In this document: piece by piece, positions 26,012 through 35,004 of the stretch
Position numbering within the stretch: position 1 is the stretch's first letter
Layout of the letters: each line of letters starts with the position of its first letter
Notes under the pieces: model-generated
Database searches by the model: none
What the model saw: the letters and a program-made list of their open reading frames with translations, nothing else
What the model was told of the DNA's origin: nothing
Assembly (NCBI GenBank): GCA_964499705.1
Contig: CAZCME010000007.1
Span: forward strand, 186,001 to 223,856
Length of the DNA: 37,856 bases
Direction of reading: 5' to 3'
Origin: an uncultured bacterium
GTDB taxonomy: Bacteria; UBA8481
Translations under genes and position numbers: made by a program

Positions 26012-27202
26012 ATGACGAACGAAGAAATCAAGGGTGAGACGGCAAAATACCTGATGGCGACCTACGCGCGCGTGCCGCTCGCGTTCGTGAAGGGGCGGGG
26101 CGTCACGCTGACAGACGCGGACGGCAGGGAATATCTCGATTTTCTCGCCGGTCTCGCGGTCTGCTGCCTCGGTCATTCCCATCCCGCTCTCGTCTCCGCG
26201 ATCCAGCAGCAGGCCGGGGAGCTTCTGCATACGTCCAATCTCTACCTCGCCTCCAACCAGACGAAGCTGGCGCGGTACCTCGCGGATATCTCCTTCGGCG
26301 ACAAATCCTTCTTCTGCAATTCGGGCGCCGAGGCGAACGAAGGCGCCATCAAGCTCGCGCGGCGATACCAGGAAAAGATCATGGGCAAGCCCGAGAAGAA
26401 ATTCGTTCTCTCCTTCACCAACTCGTTCCATGGCCGGACTCTCGCGACGCTGGCCGCGACGGGACAGACGAAGTATCACGATGGATTTTCTCCCCTGCCC
26501 CAGGGATTCGTGCAGGTCCCCTTCAATGACATTGCCGCCGTGGAGGAAGCCATCGGGACGAATCCTGCGATCGGAGCCATCATCGCCGAGCCGATCCAGG
26601 CGGAAGGCGGCGTCATCCCGGCCTCGAAGGAATTCCTGCCGGCTCTGCGGGAGATTGCCGACCGCGAATCGATCGTGCTCATCTTCGACGAGGTCCAGAC
26701 CGGAATGGGGCGGACGGGAAAATTCTTCGCGTACGAGCATTGGAACACGAAGCCCGACATCATGTCGCTCGCGAAAGGACTCGGAGGCGGCGTGCCGATC
26801 GGCGCCGTCGTTGCGAGCGATAAGTTCGCCGCGGCTTTCGAACCCGGATCGCACGCCTCCACCTTCGGAGGCAATCACCTTTCTTCCGCCGCCGCGATCG
26901 CGGTGATCAAGACCTTCTTCAACGACCAGGTGATCGAGCGGGCGGCCGCAACGGGAAAATACATCTTCGAAAAGATCCAGGCCCTGAAATCTCCCCGCAT
27001 CAAGGAAATCCGCGGCAAGGGGCTCCTCATCGGCATCGTCCTCGATGCTCCGGCCGGCCCCTATGTCACGCGCATGCGCGAAAACGGCATCATCATCGGT
27101 TCCGCCGGCGAAAACGTTCTCCGGATCACTCCGCCTCTCATCGTCTCGCGCCCCCAGTGCGACCAGATGCTCGACACCCTCGATAAAATCCTCGCCTCAT
27201 GA
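26012..27202 (+). CDS. argD: Acetylornithine aminotransferase
   Basis: YLDFLAG, NSGAEANE, SFHGRTL, EPIQAEGG, DEVQTGMGRTG, SLAKGLGGG, HASTFGGN; lies between argB and argF. Confidence 0.95.
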   Translation: MTNEEIKGETAKYLMATYARVPLAFVKGRGVTLTDADGREYLDFLAGLAVCCLGHSHPALVSAIQQQAGELLHTSNLYLASNQTKLARYLADISFGDKSFFCNSGAEANEGAIKLARRYQEKIMGKPEKKFVLSFTNSFHGRTLATLAATGQTKYHDGFSPLPQGFVQVPFNDIAAVEEAIGTNPAIGAIIAEPIQAEGGVIPASKEFLPALREIADRESIVLIFDEVQTGMGRTGKFFAYEHWNTKPDIMSLAKGLGGGVPIGAVVASDKFAAAFEPGSHASTFGGNHLSSAAAIAVIKTFFNDQVIERAAATGKYIFEKIQALKSPRIKEIRGKGLLIGIVLDAPAGPYVTRMRENGIIIGSAGENVLRITPPLIVSRPQCDQMLDTLDKILAS

Positions 27203-28158
27203 CGCGTCGAAGACCGGAATCGAAACACTTCCTCGCTCTCGCCGATGAATCGCCGGAGTCGTTCCGCGCGCTCCTGGATCGGGCGGCCGCATGGAAAAAG
27301 GCCGTCCATTCGAGAAAAATCGACCGCATCTTCGACGCCACTCCGCGGCGGACATCTCCCCTCGTTCTCGCCATGATCTTCCTGAAACCCTCGAACAGGA
27401 CCCGCGTCTCCTTCGAGCTCGCCATGCATCACCTCGGCGGAAAGGCCATGTATCTTTCGCCCCAGGAGATCGGCCTCGGCAAGCGCGAAGCCACGAAAGA
27501 TGTCGCCGCGGTGCTCGGACGTTACGTAGACGGGATCATGGCGCGCGTCTTCCGGCACTCCGATGTCGTCGACCTGGCGAAATATTCCGGAGTGCCCGTC
27601 GTGAACGGCCTCTCCGATATCGAGCATCCCTGCCAGGGGCTGGGCGATCTCCAGACGATTATCGAGCAGGGCGGCCTGCCTTCCCGGAAGACCGTCGTGA
27701 CGTTCATCGGCGACGGCAACAACGTCTCCCATTCGCTGATGCTCGGCGCCGCGCTCCTCGGCATGACATTCCGCCTCGTCGGCCCGAAGGGCTACGAACC
27801 GGATTCCGGGATCGTGAAGAAGGCCCGGACGATCGCGAAGAAAACCGGAGCTCGCATCGAATGCACGCCGGCGCTGCAGGCCATCGCCGGATCGCACTTT
27901 CTTTACACGGATGTCTGGACGTCGATGGGTGACGAAGACCAGGCGGAAAAACGCCGGCTCGCCTTCGAACCATATCGCCTGGACAAGACCATCATGAAGC
28001 GTGCCCCGGATGCGAAGATCCTGCATTGCCTCCCCGCGCATCGCGGCGAGGAGATCACGGATGACGTGATCGACAGCCGGAACTCCGTCGTCCTCGACCA
28101 GGCGGAAAACAGGCTCCATGCCCAGATGGCCGTCCTGGAACGGGCGATGCCCCGCTAG
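27199..28158 (+). CDS. argF: Ornithine carbamoyltransferase
   Basis: FLKPSNRTRVSFE, HPCQ, GDGNNV, TDVWTSMG, HCLPAHRGEE, QAENRLH. Confidence 0.95.
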   Translation: MTRRRPESKHFLALADESPESFRALLDRAAAWKKAVHSRKIDRIFDATPRRTSPLVLAMIFLKPSNRTRVSFELAMHHLGGKAMYLSPQEIGLGKREATKDVAAVLGRYVDGIMARVFRHSDVVDLAKYSGVPVVNGLSDIEHPCQGLGDLQTIIEQGGLPSRKTVVTFIGDGNNVSHSLMLGAALLGMTFRLVGPKGYEPDSGIVKKARTIAKKTGARIECTPALQAIAGSHFLYTDVWTSMGDEDQAEKRRLAFEPYRLDKTIMKRAPDAKILHCLPAHRGEEITDDVIDSRNSVVLDQAENRLHAQMAVLERAMPR

Positions 28159-28167
28159 CCCATACGG

Positions 28168-30708
28168 TCAGGCGCCATGGCCGAGTATGGTTCTCACCTT
28201 CCATAGCAGGTCGCTTTCGGAATAAGGCTTGGGTATGAAGTTCATCGATTGCCTCGTGATGCCGTGCCGGACGATCAGCTCATCCGCGTAACCGGACGTG
28301 AAGAGAACCTTCATGTCGCTCCTCATCCTCAACAACCGGTCCGCCAATTCCGATCCTCCGAGGCGGGGCATCACGATGTCGGTGAAGAGCAGATGGATCG
28401 GGCCCTCATGCGCATGGGCGATCCGAAGCGCGTCTTCCCCGTCCCTGGCCAACAGAACCGTGCACCCGGCACGGCTGAGGACATCGCGCGCGATGAAGCG
28501 CACATCATCGTTGTCCTCCACGATGAGAACGGTCGATTGTTTCGAGAGCGCTTCAACTTCCGGCTCGATGCCGTGCTGGCCGGGCCGGAGGTCGCCCGGG
28601 CGGGATGCCGGAATATGAATCACGAAGCGGGTCCCCTTGCCCGGCGCGCTCTCGCAACGGATCCCTCCCTCATGCTGCTGGATGATGCCGTAGACGACGG
28701 ATAATCCCAGCCCCGTGCCCTTGCCGAGGGGTTTGGTGGTGAAGAACGGCTCGAAGATATGCGGCATTTGCTCCTTCGAAATCCCGGAACCGGTATCGCT
28801 GATGATCATCGTGCCGTATTCGCCGGCCGGCAGTGTTCCGAAGTGATGGGAAACGGGAACATCCAGAGTTTCATGTCCGGTTTCGATCGTGAGTTTCCCC
28901 CCGTCCGGCATCGCGTCCCGGGCATTGACGGCGAGATTGACGATCACCTGGCCTACGAGCCCCTGGTCAGCGCGAATCGGTTCCGCCTCATGCGCGAAGA
29001 CGGTGACGATTTCCACGTGGGATGTGATAATCGGCGTGAGCATCCGGATCGTGCTGGCAACGACCGCGTTCAGATCGACAGCGACAAGCCGAAGCACCTG
29101 GCGGCGGCTGAAAGCGAGAAGCTGTTGCGTCAGGTCCGTGGCGCGCTTCGTGCTCTTCTGGATCACCTCGGTGCTGTGCGCCGCATCATGATCCTCCGGG
29201 ATCAACTGGGCGACCCTCTGGGAATGAAACTGCATCACCATGAGGATGTTGTTGAAATCGTGCGCGATGCCGCCGGCGAGCTGGCCGACGGATTCCATCT
29301 TCTGAGCCTGGTAGAGCTGCTCCTCCAGGATTTTCCTCGACGTGACATCAAAGATCGCTCCATCGAGAAACAGGAGCTTCCCGGACTCATCGTAAACGCC
29401 TCGGCCCTTTTCATAAACCCAGCGCACGGCGCCGGCGCTGTTGACGATCCGATATTCGAGGATGTACGGCTCGTGCCTGGAGAGACTTTCATGGACAATC
29501 CGATCAACGAGCGGCACATCCTCCCGGTGAACGATCTCCGCGTAATGGCGCGCGCCGCCGGACACGAATTCCGTCGCGGGATACCCGGAGATTTCCGCGA
29601 TGCCGTCGCTGATGAACTCCATCTTCCCGTTCTTGTCTTTCCTGCAGCGATAGATCACTCCGGGTATGTTGCGGACCAGCGTCCTGTAATTCTCTTCGCT
29701 GCGCGCTAGGTCCGTCGTGATGCGTTCCGCGAGCGCCAGGGCGGCACGGCGCCCGGTTGCCAGGGTTCGCGTGATCCAGAAGAGCAGAAGGCTGATGAGG
29801 AATCCCGCGGTGAGGATGACGCGGGGAATGGAGCGATCCGTCGCGGCGTGAAATCCGGGCGTCGACTCGAACCGCATCAGGAAGGGAATACCTGCCGCAT
29901 TAACCATGCGCTCCAATACCAGCGGCTGAATCATATCCGGTTGGGACGAGGTCCCCGGATTCGATTCGAAGACACGCGTGGATTTCCTGGATGCATCCGC
30001 ATGCGCTATCACCCGGATCGCGTCAGGCGAACCTTCATCCATTCCTCCGGCGAAGATCGCCCCCTTTTCCACGGCGGCGACGACCCACCCCATCCTTCCG
30101 GCATTTTGGGCAACATGGCAGATGATAAAGCACCCCTCGTCCGGACCCGAGGAGGCGAATCCGGTAATGTGAGTACCGTCGCTCGCCCGGGCGAGCAGGC
30201 GCGCCCGAAACGGATCACTGGAATAATCGAGGCCCAGTTCCTGACTACTGACGGCGCGGGCGGGCGCCAGGAATACTGACGGAAAGATTTCAGCCGCGCC
30301 GCTCCGCGGATGCACGGCATACTCTTCCATGCCGGATGTCCTGAGCAACCGTTCGTGCGCTTCCAATCCCGGACTGTCCACGCGCACCACGTAGGCGATG
30401 CGTCTCAATCCGGGATAGAACCGGTCCAGTTCGATCCCCTCGAAGTAGGCCTCCCATTCGTGCTGCTCCACTTCCCGGCTCGCGGAGAAAAGCCCGACGG
30501 CGCCGTTGGCCGCGGCGGAATACAGTTCCAGTTTCCGTTCCACCGCTGCGATATCCACGCGGGCCTTGTCGCTGAAACGGGACATCTCCCGGTAGGTCAC
30601 GTTATGATCGAGCAATTGCCAGGTGAAAACAGTGAAACCGACGGAGCAGATCAGGACGAGAATCGGGAAGATCCGACCGGTCCAGAGCGCGTGCGGAGTC
30701 GGCGACAT
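28168..30708 (-). CDS. Hybrid sensor histidine kinase (CHASE-PAS-HisKA-HATPase-REC)
   Basis: Two TMs flanking a CHASE-like domain (FYPGL..IAY, LGLD), PAS (NIPGVIYR...VRWV.EKG), LAGGIAHDFNN H-box, NARDAM, PFFTTK..GKGTGLGL, receiver TDIVMP...KP. Start is 30708 or 30717. Confidence 0.93.
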   Translation of the reverse strand: MSPTPHALWTGRIFPILVLICSVGFTVFTWQLLDHNVTYREMSRFSDKARVDIAAVERKLELYSAAANGAVGLFSASREVEQHEWEAYFEGIELDRFYPGLRRIAYVVRVDSPGLEAHERLLRTSGMEEYAVHPRSGAAEIFPSVFLAPARAVSSQELGLDYSSDPFRARLLARASDGTHITGFASSGPDEGCFIICHVAQNAGRMGWVVAAVEKGAIFAGGMDEGSPDAIRVIAHADASRKSTRVFESNPGTSSQPDMIQPLVLERMVNAAGIPFLMRFESTPGFHAATDRSIPRVILTAGFLISLLLFWITRTLATGRRAALALAERITTDLARSEENYRTLVRNIPGVIYRCRKDKNGKMEFISDGIAEISGYPATEFVSGGARHYAEIVHREDVPLVDRIVHESLSRHEPYILEYRIVNSAGAVRWVYEKGRGVYDESGKLLFLDGAIFDVTSRKILEEQLYQAQKMESVGQLAGGIAHDFNNILMVMQFHSQRVAQLIPEDHDAAHSTEVIQKSTKRATDLTQQLLAFSRRQVLRLVAVDLNAVVASTIRMLTPIITSHVEIVTVFAHEAEPIRADQGLVGQVIVNLAVNARDAMPDGGKLTIETGHETLDVPVSHHFGTLPAGEYGTMIISDTGSGISKEQMPHIFEPFFTTKPLGKGTGLGLSVVYGIIQQHEGGIRCESAPGKGTRFVIHIPASRPGDLRPGQHGIEPEVEALSKQSTVLIVEDNDDVRFIARDVLSRAGCTVLLARDGEDALRIAHAHEGPIHLLFTDIVMPRLGGSELADRLLRMRSDMKVLFTSGYADELIVRHGITRQSMNFIPKPYSESDLLWKVRTILGHGA

Positions 30709-30783
30709 GGATGGCATGATAGGGTGATTTCAACGAAGTGGGAATACCGTCAGATGTTCCCCATCCGATGGCGGGAAATTTAA

Positions 30784-30896
30784 CAGGATGGGCAGGATGG
30801 GCAGGATTTGAGAGGAATAAGATCCACTTCCCAATAACGGGACTAAATTGCCTTCTATTCCACCCTGAATCGATCCTGCCTATCCTGTTCATCCTG
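30784..30896. repeat. Intergenic inverted repeat built from 9-nt units
   Basis: CAGGATGGGCAGGATGGGCAGGAT (30784-30807) and ATCCTGCCTATCCTGTTCATCCTG (30873-30896): 21/24 Watson-Crick pairs, the other three G-U; 65-nt AT-rich spacer. Confidence 0.85.
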
Positions 30897-31007
30897 AAAA
30901 TATTTTCGATGGGGAAGTTCTGTTCCGGTAATGGTCCGCTTGACGGATCGCCCTTCCATGGCATACGTTCCATTCGTGAGCGGATTTCATCCAGGTCAAT
31001 CGCGGTC

Positions 31008-31439
31008 ATGAGCACGCTCCTCGACATCGTCAGCCGCCATGAAGCGGCGCTGGCTCCCTATATGAAGCGCGCCCGATTTCCCGCCGGAGAATGCATCTTC
31101 CGCATCGGAGAAACGGACAGTGATAAGGCTTACATCATTCTCAGCGGAGAAGTCTCGATCTCCCGGCTCATCAAGACGACGGAAAAGGAACTCGCCGTGC
31201 TGAAGGGCGGCGACATCATCGGAGAAGTCGCGCTCTTTTCGCGCGGGGCCCGCACGGCGACGGCACGGACCAGGACGGACGTCGAGGCCCTCGTATTTTC
31301 CCGCGACGACCTCGGCGCGCTCAAGTCCACGAATCTTCCCGTAGCCTACGATCTTGTGGAGCGTATCCTGGAAGTGATCGCGGACCGATTGCGTCAGACC
31401 CTGGAACGGTTCGAGGTCGTCTATTTCTGGCTCTCCTGA
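31008..31439 (+). CDS. Stand-alone cyclic-nucleotide-binding domain protein
   Basis: FPAGECIFRIGE, YIILSGEV, GDIIGEVALF, RTATARTRTD; no HTH. Start at ATG 31008 (the track's extension runs through the repeat). Confidence 0.88.
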   Translation: MSTLLDIVSRHEAALAPYMKRARFPAGECIFRIGETDSDKAYIILSGEVSISRLIKTTEKELAVLKGGDIIGEVALFSRGARTATARTRTDVEALVFSRDDLGALKSTNLPVAYDLVERILEVIADRLRQTLERFEVVYFWLS

Positions 31440-31443
31440 TTCC

Positions 31444-32010
31444 GTCGAGGAGATCCGCCCGAACTGGCCCCTGCCTGCCAGGCTTGTTCCCCGTCTTTCC
31501 TTTCCGCCTTACCGCTACATCCCCGGGCAGGCTCCACATCCCACCGCGAATCCGGACGGGCACAGTTTCGGCCGCGGAGAACACGCGAAGCCATTAACCC
31601 TGACGGGGTGGAATTCGCACGAGAACTACCTCTTCGGCTTCGATCTCTTCAATCATGGATACTGGTGGGAGGCGCATGAAAACTGGGAAGGAATCTGGCA
31701 TGCGACGACCGATGAGGATCTGCGAACACTTCTGCAGATTCTCATCCAGCTCGCCGCGGCGTTCCTGAAAGCTCACTCGCACCAGGAACGCGGCGTGGCC
31801 GCGTTCTGCGCGCGGATCACCGGGCGTCTCGCGGGCTTGCGCGCTCGCCACGAATCCCTGGCGGGACTGAACCTGGACGCGCTGACGAGCATCACCAAGC
31901 AATTATTCGAGCATAGAATTCAGTTCGGATCGAGCGCGTTCATCGCGAACAATTTCCCTGTGCTCATTCCGGGCCATGAGGCGAAGGACGAAGCGAGCCG
32001 ACCTTCATGA
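31444..32010 (+). CDS. DUF309-like protein; no canonical start codon in frame
   Basis: Manual translation: FPPYRYIPGQAPHP..NPDGHS ... YLFGFDLFNHGYWWEAHENWEGIW ... LQILIQLAAAFLK, continuing into the track's 31795..32010 ORF. The 5' boundary is approximate. Confidence 0.75.
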   Translation, partial: VEEIRPNWPLPARLVPRLSFPPYRYIPGQAPHPTANPDGHSFGRGEHAKPLTLTGWNSHENYLFGFDLFNHGYWWEAHENWEGIWHATTDEDLRTLLQILIQLAAAFLKAHSHQERGVAAFCARITGRLAGLRARHESLAGLNLDALTSITKQLFEHRIQFGSSAFIANNFPVLIPGHEAKDEASRPS

Positions 32011-32017
32011 ATCACGT

Positions 32018-32869
32018 CTAGGGCTTGGCGAAGCTGAAGTCCTGCGATACCGAGCCGCTGACGGGAACCGTGACTTTCGCGATCTGGGTCCCCAGCTTTT
32101 CGTGCCACGCTTCGATTTCATAGGTGCCCGCCGGTAGATCTCCGCGGATCTCGAACTGCCCGTTCATGCCCGATACCGCGAAAAAGGGATGCTCCATGAC
32201 CGCCGCGTATCCGCCCATCCACGGGTGAACATCGCATTTGATGGAGAACATGGATTCAGGCTTGTCGAAGATCTTCTCCGCTTCGGTCCGCGTCTTCGGC
32301 ATCGCCATATTGAATTCCGGATTCACCTTCGATAACGCATGAACGTTGTGGAGTGTGCCGTCGGGATTTTTCACGACGAGCTTCTGGCCGACCATCATGC
32401 CGAAGACGTGAGGTTTGTACTGGCATCCGGACTGGTCGAGAACAACCGGGGTTGCCGGCGCGGGCCATGCCTTCGCCGGCAGCCCGCCTTTGACATAGAC
32501 GAAGACGTTCGCCATCGCATTGTCCGCGCCCAGGACAAGCGCTTCCGACGTGATGGCGGACTTGTGCCTGGCGGCGCAGATCGGGTCGGCGCCCATCTGA
32601 ATGGGGGGCATCTTGGGAGCGGTGCCCGCGAATTTCACAACGCCCGTGATGCGGACAGGACCGGAAGCCACGGCCACCGGCGCCGGTTCCTCAGGTTGGG
32701 GAGTCCCCGTATCCGTCGCGGCGGCGGTCTCGACAGCCGGTTCCACAGGCTGCGGCATGACGCGCCCCCTGGGCTCGCCGCCGCATCCGATGATGACGGA
32801 ACCCGCCATAGCCATCACGAGGATCCCCGCGACCAGACCACTCTTAACCGAGATTAAATTCCTGTTCAT
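32018..32869 (-). CDS. Lipoprotein with carboxypeptidase-regulatory-like and cupredoxin-like domains
   Basis: Lipobox IIGC, ANVFVYV, LDQSGCQYKPHV, LHNVH ... CDVHPWM, LPAGTYEIEAWHE; start ATG 32869 after SD GGAGG. Confidence 0.8.
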   Translation of the reverse strand: MNRNLISVKSGLVAGILVMAMAGSVIIGCGGEPRGRVMPQPVEPAVETAAATDTGTPQPEEPAPVAVASGPVRITGVVKFAGTAPKMPPIQMGADPICAARHKSAITSEALVLGADNAMANVFVYVKGGLPAKAWPAPATPVVLDQSGCQYKPHVFGMMVGQKLVVKNPDGTLHNVHALSKVNPEFNMAMPKTRTEAEKIFDKPESMFSIKCDVHPWMGGYAAVMEHPFFAVSGMNGQFEIRGDLPAGTYEIEAWHEKLGTQIAKVTVPVSGSVSQDFSFAKP

Positions 32870-32984
32870 TTGAGATCCTCCGATCAACGCGACACAGCCG
32901 CGCGCACGCTTCATTTCGCGGCGATCATAGGACACATCCGCCTCCAATTCCATAAGCTCAATAGGCAATTTGCCCTCTTTTCTC

Positions 32985-33013
32985 TTGATGCAACCGGTCC
33001 TAACGACGATAAT
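32985..33013 (+). promoter_or_regulatory. sigma70-type promoter
   Basis: TTGATG-17 nt-GATAAT, then SD GGAGG and ATG 33031. Confidence 0.5.
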
Positions 33014-33030
33014 TTGCGCGGAGGACGCGC

Positions 33031-33948
33031 ATGGCTGAACCCGAAGATGAAGTTCCGGCGGTGAATGCGGATGACGCCGCCGCATCCCAGGCGGCCCCTC
33101 CGGCGACCCCTCCCGCGGCCGCGCAGGCAGCCGGTCTCAATCCGCGAATCAAGAAGCTTCTCATGATCCTGCTGCCCTTCATGGTGATCACGACCGGCGG
33201 AGCCTTCTATTTCAGCAATAAGATGATGCAGCAAAGGCAGCAGGCGATGCAGCAGGCCGCGCAAAAACCCGCCCAGGCGGACGCCGTCATCACGATGCTT
33301 GCGGATACGGCGAGTCCGGGCAATTCGTCCGGTTCTAAGCCCCATGGGGCGGCTGAAATCAAAGGAGAATCGCCGGCTTCCGAAGGGGCGACGAATGAGC
33401 CGCCGAGGGAAAAATCCATCGTGATGTGGTATAAGAAGCCCCTGAGAACCGGTCAGGTGGTCATTGTCAAGGATAAGAAGGTATCTCTGAAAGCAGCTCT
33501 GTCAGAAATCAAGGATCTATCGAAGCGCCCGGACGGTTACGAATATAATTTCGTACGGGATGACGGTTATCGCTTGGAGATCCTCAGGATTCCAGGTAAT
33601 GATATTTACCGCGTTGCCGTATATACGGCAAATGACACGATGCTACTGGGGCAATTTTCAGGAGGATTTGCGCCGAAAGCGGCTCAAGATCTGCTCACAG
33701 GTTATGCCGACATGCGTCCCGTGGAGTCCCTTGGCATTCCAAGAACGAGCGATGAAGATCGTAAAGCGGAAAGGACGCGTCTCATCGAAAAAATGCCCGA
33801 TAAAACGCCTCAGATGATTGTTCGGTCGCCTGAAAATAGCGGTACCCGAACGCCATCCGCTGGCGCCCCCTTGAAACCTCCCTCCTTCGTCGTATTGCGG
33901 AACGGCGAGGAAGTGCTCCACGATTTCACGCGCGCGCCCGTGGAGTAA
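33031..33948 (+). CDS. Hypothetical single-TM protein
   Basis: Promoter and SD upstream; Ala/Pro-rich N-terminus, one TM, Gln-rich linker, globular C-terminus of unrecognised family. Confidence 0.7.
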   Translation: MAEPEDEVPAVNADDAAASQAAPPATPPAAAQAAGLNPRIKKLLMILLPFMVITTGGAFYFSNKMMQQRQQAMQQAAQKPAQADAVITMLADTASPGNSSGSKPHGAAEIKGESPASEGATNEPPREKSIVMWYKKPLRTGQVVIVKDKKVSLKAALSEIKDLSKRPDGYEYNFVRDDGYRLEILRIPGNDIYRVAVYTANDTMLLGQFSGGFAPKAAQDLLTGYADMRPVESLGIPRTSDEDRKAERTRLIEKMPDKTPQMIVRSPENSGTRTPSAGAPLKPPSFVVLRNGEEVLHDFTRAPVE

Positions 33949-34008
33949 CGAGCCTCGCGCTCCGTTTCCATTCTGAATAAGAGTCTTCATATCGGGCGGG
34001 TTGGATCC

Positions 34009-35004
34009 GTGCTGCTTCGCCTGCTTGCCACTTCTCTTCTCATCCTGATGGTTCTCGCGGGTTGCGTGGGGTATCTGATGATCGCCCCACCCTCCGGAGG
34101 CCCGCGCACGGTCACCATTCCACCGGATGTCGGCCCGGATGAGATCGCCGTTCTCCTGGCTGACGCTCGGATTATCGCTACCCCCGCGGCCTACAGCATC
34201 GCCGCGAATCTCATGAAGCGATCGCCAAAGCCCGGTCGTTACGTCTTCTCCGCCGGTGTCTATCCGTGGGTCGCGGTGCGTATTCTCTCGAAAGGCCCGC
34301 CTCCGGAACTCGAGCTCACGGTCACGGTTCCCGAGGGAAAGCGACTCGAGGAGATCGCCACCATTCTCGACGCGGCCGGGATCACGAACGAGCGGGAATT
34401 CCTGCGCGGCGCCCGGGATCGCGCATTCATTCGCGAGCTCATCGGATCCGATCAGGATTCCCTGGAAGGATACCTCTTCCCCGACACCTACAAGTTCAAG
34501 CCGAATTCGGACGTCCTGTCGGTCATCAGGAGAATGCATCAGCGGTTCACGGAACAATCGTCAGGGCTGGCGAACCCGCGGCTTTCCATGCATGAATTCG
34601 TCACGCTCGCTTCGATCGTCGAGCGTGAAGCGCGCGTGCCGCAGGAGCGACCGCGGATCGCGGCGGTGTATCTGAACCGGCTGCGCATCGGCATGAAACT
34701 GGATGCCGATCCCACGGTCCGCTATGCCGTCAACAAATGGGATACGACGCCCGTCCTGTATGTCGATCTCGAATCCAGGTCACCCTACAACACATACCGC
34801 GTTCCCGGGCTGCCCCCGGGACCGATTTGCTCGCCCGGGCGCGCGAGCCTCGACGCCGTCGCGCACCCGCTCGAATCGCGCGAACTCTTCTTCGTGGCGC
34901 AGGGCGACGGGAGCCATATCTTCTCCGAAAGTTTCCGGGATCACCTGGCTCATGTCGCCGCGGTTCGTCGGACCGCGGCACGCGAGGCGCACGAAAGGCG
35001 ATGA
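34009..35004 (+). CDS. mltG: Endolytic transglycosylase MltG
   Basis: N-terminal TM, TVPEG, LEGYLFPDTY, TLASIVEREA, NRLRIGMKLDADPTV, SPYNTY..PGLPPGPI. Confidence 0.95.
   Translation: MLLRLLATSLLILMVLAGCVGYLMIAPPSGGPRTVTIPPDVGPDEIAVLLADARIIATPAAYSIAANLMKRSPKPGRYVFSAGVYPWVAVRILSKGPPPELELTVTVPEGKRLEEIATILDAAGITNEREFLRGARDRAFIRELIGSDQDSLEGYLFPDTYKFKPNSDVLSVIRRMHQRFTEQSSGLANPRLSMHEFVTLASIVEREARVPQERPRIAAVYLNRLRIGMKLDADPTVRYAVNKWDTTPVLYVDLESRSPYNTYRVPGLPPGPICSPGRASLDAVAHPLESRELFFVAQGDGSHIFSESFRDHLAHVAAVRRTAAREAHERR

Noticed and set aside
30738-31007. 90-aa N-terminal extension of the cNMP-binding protein
   Set aside because: It is a translation of the inverted-repeat element (GWAGWAG / ILPILFIL), not protein-like.
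31594-31902. 102-aa minus-strand ORF
   Set aside because: Antisense to the DUF309-like frame, which has the recognisable motifs.
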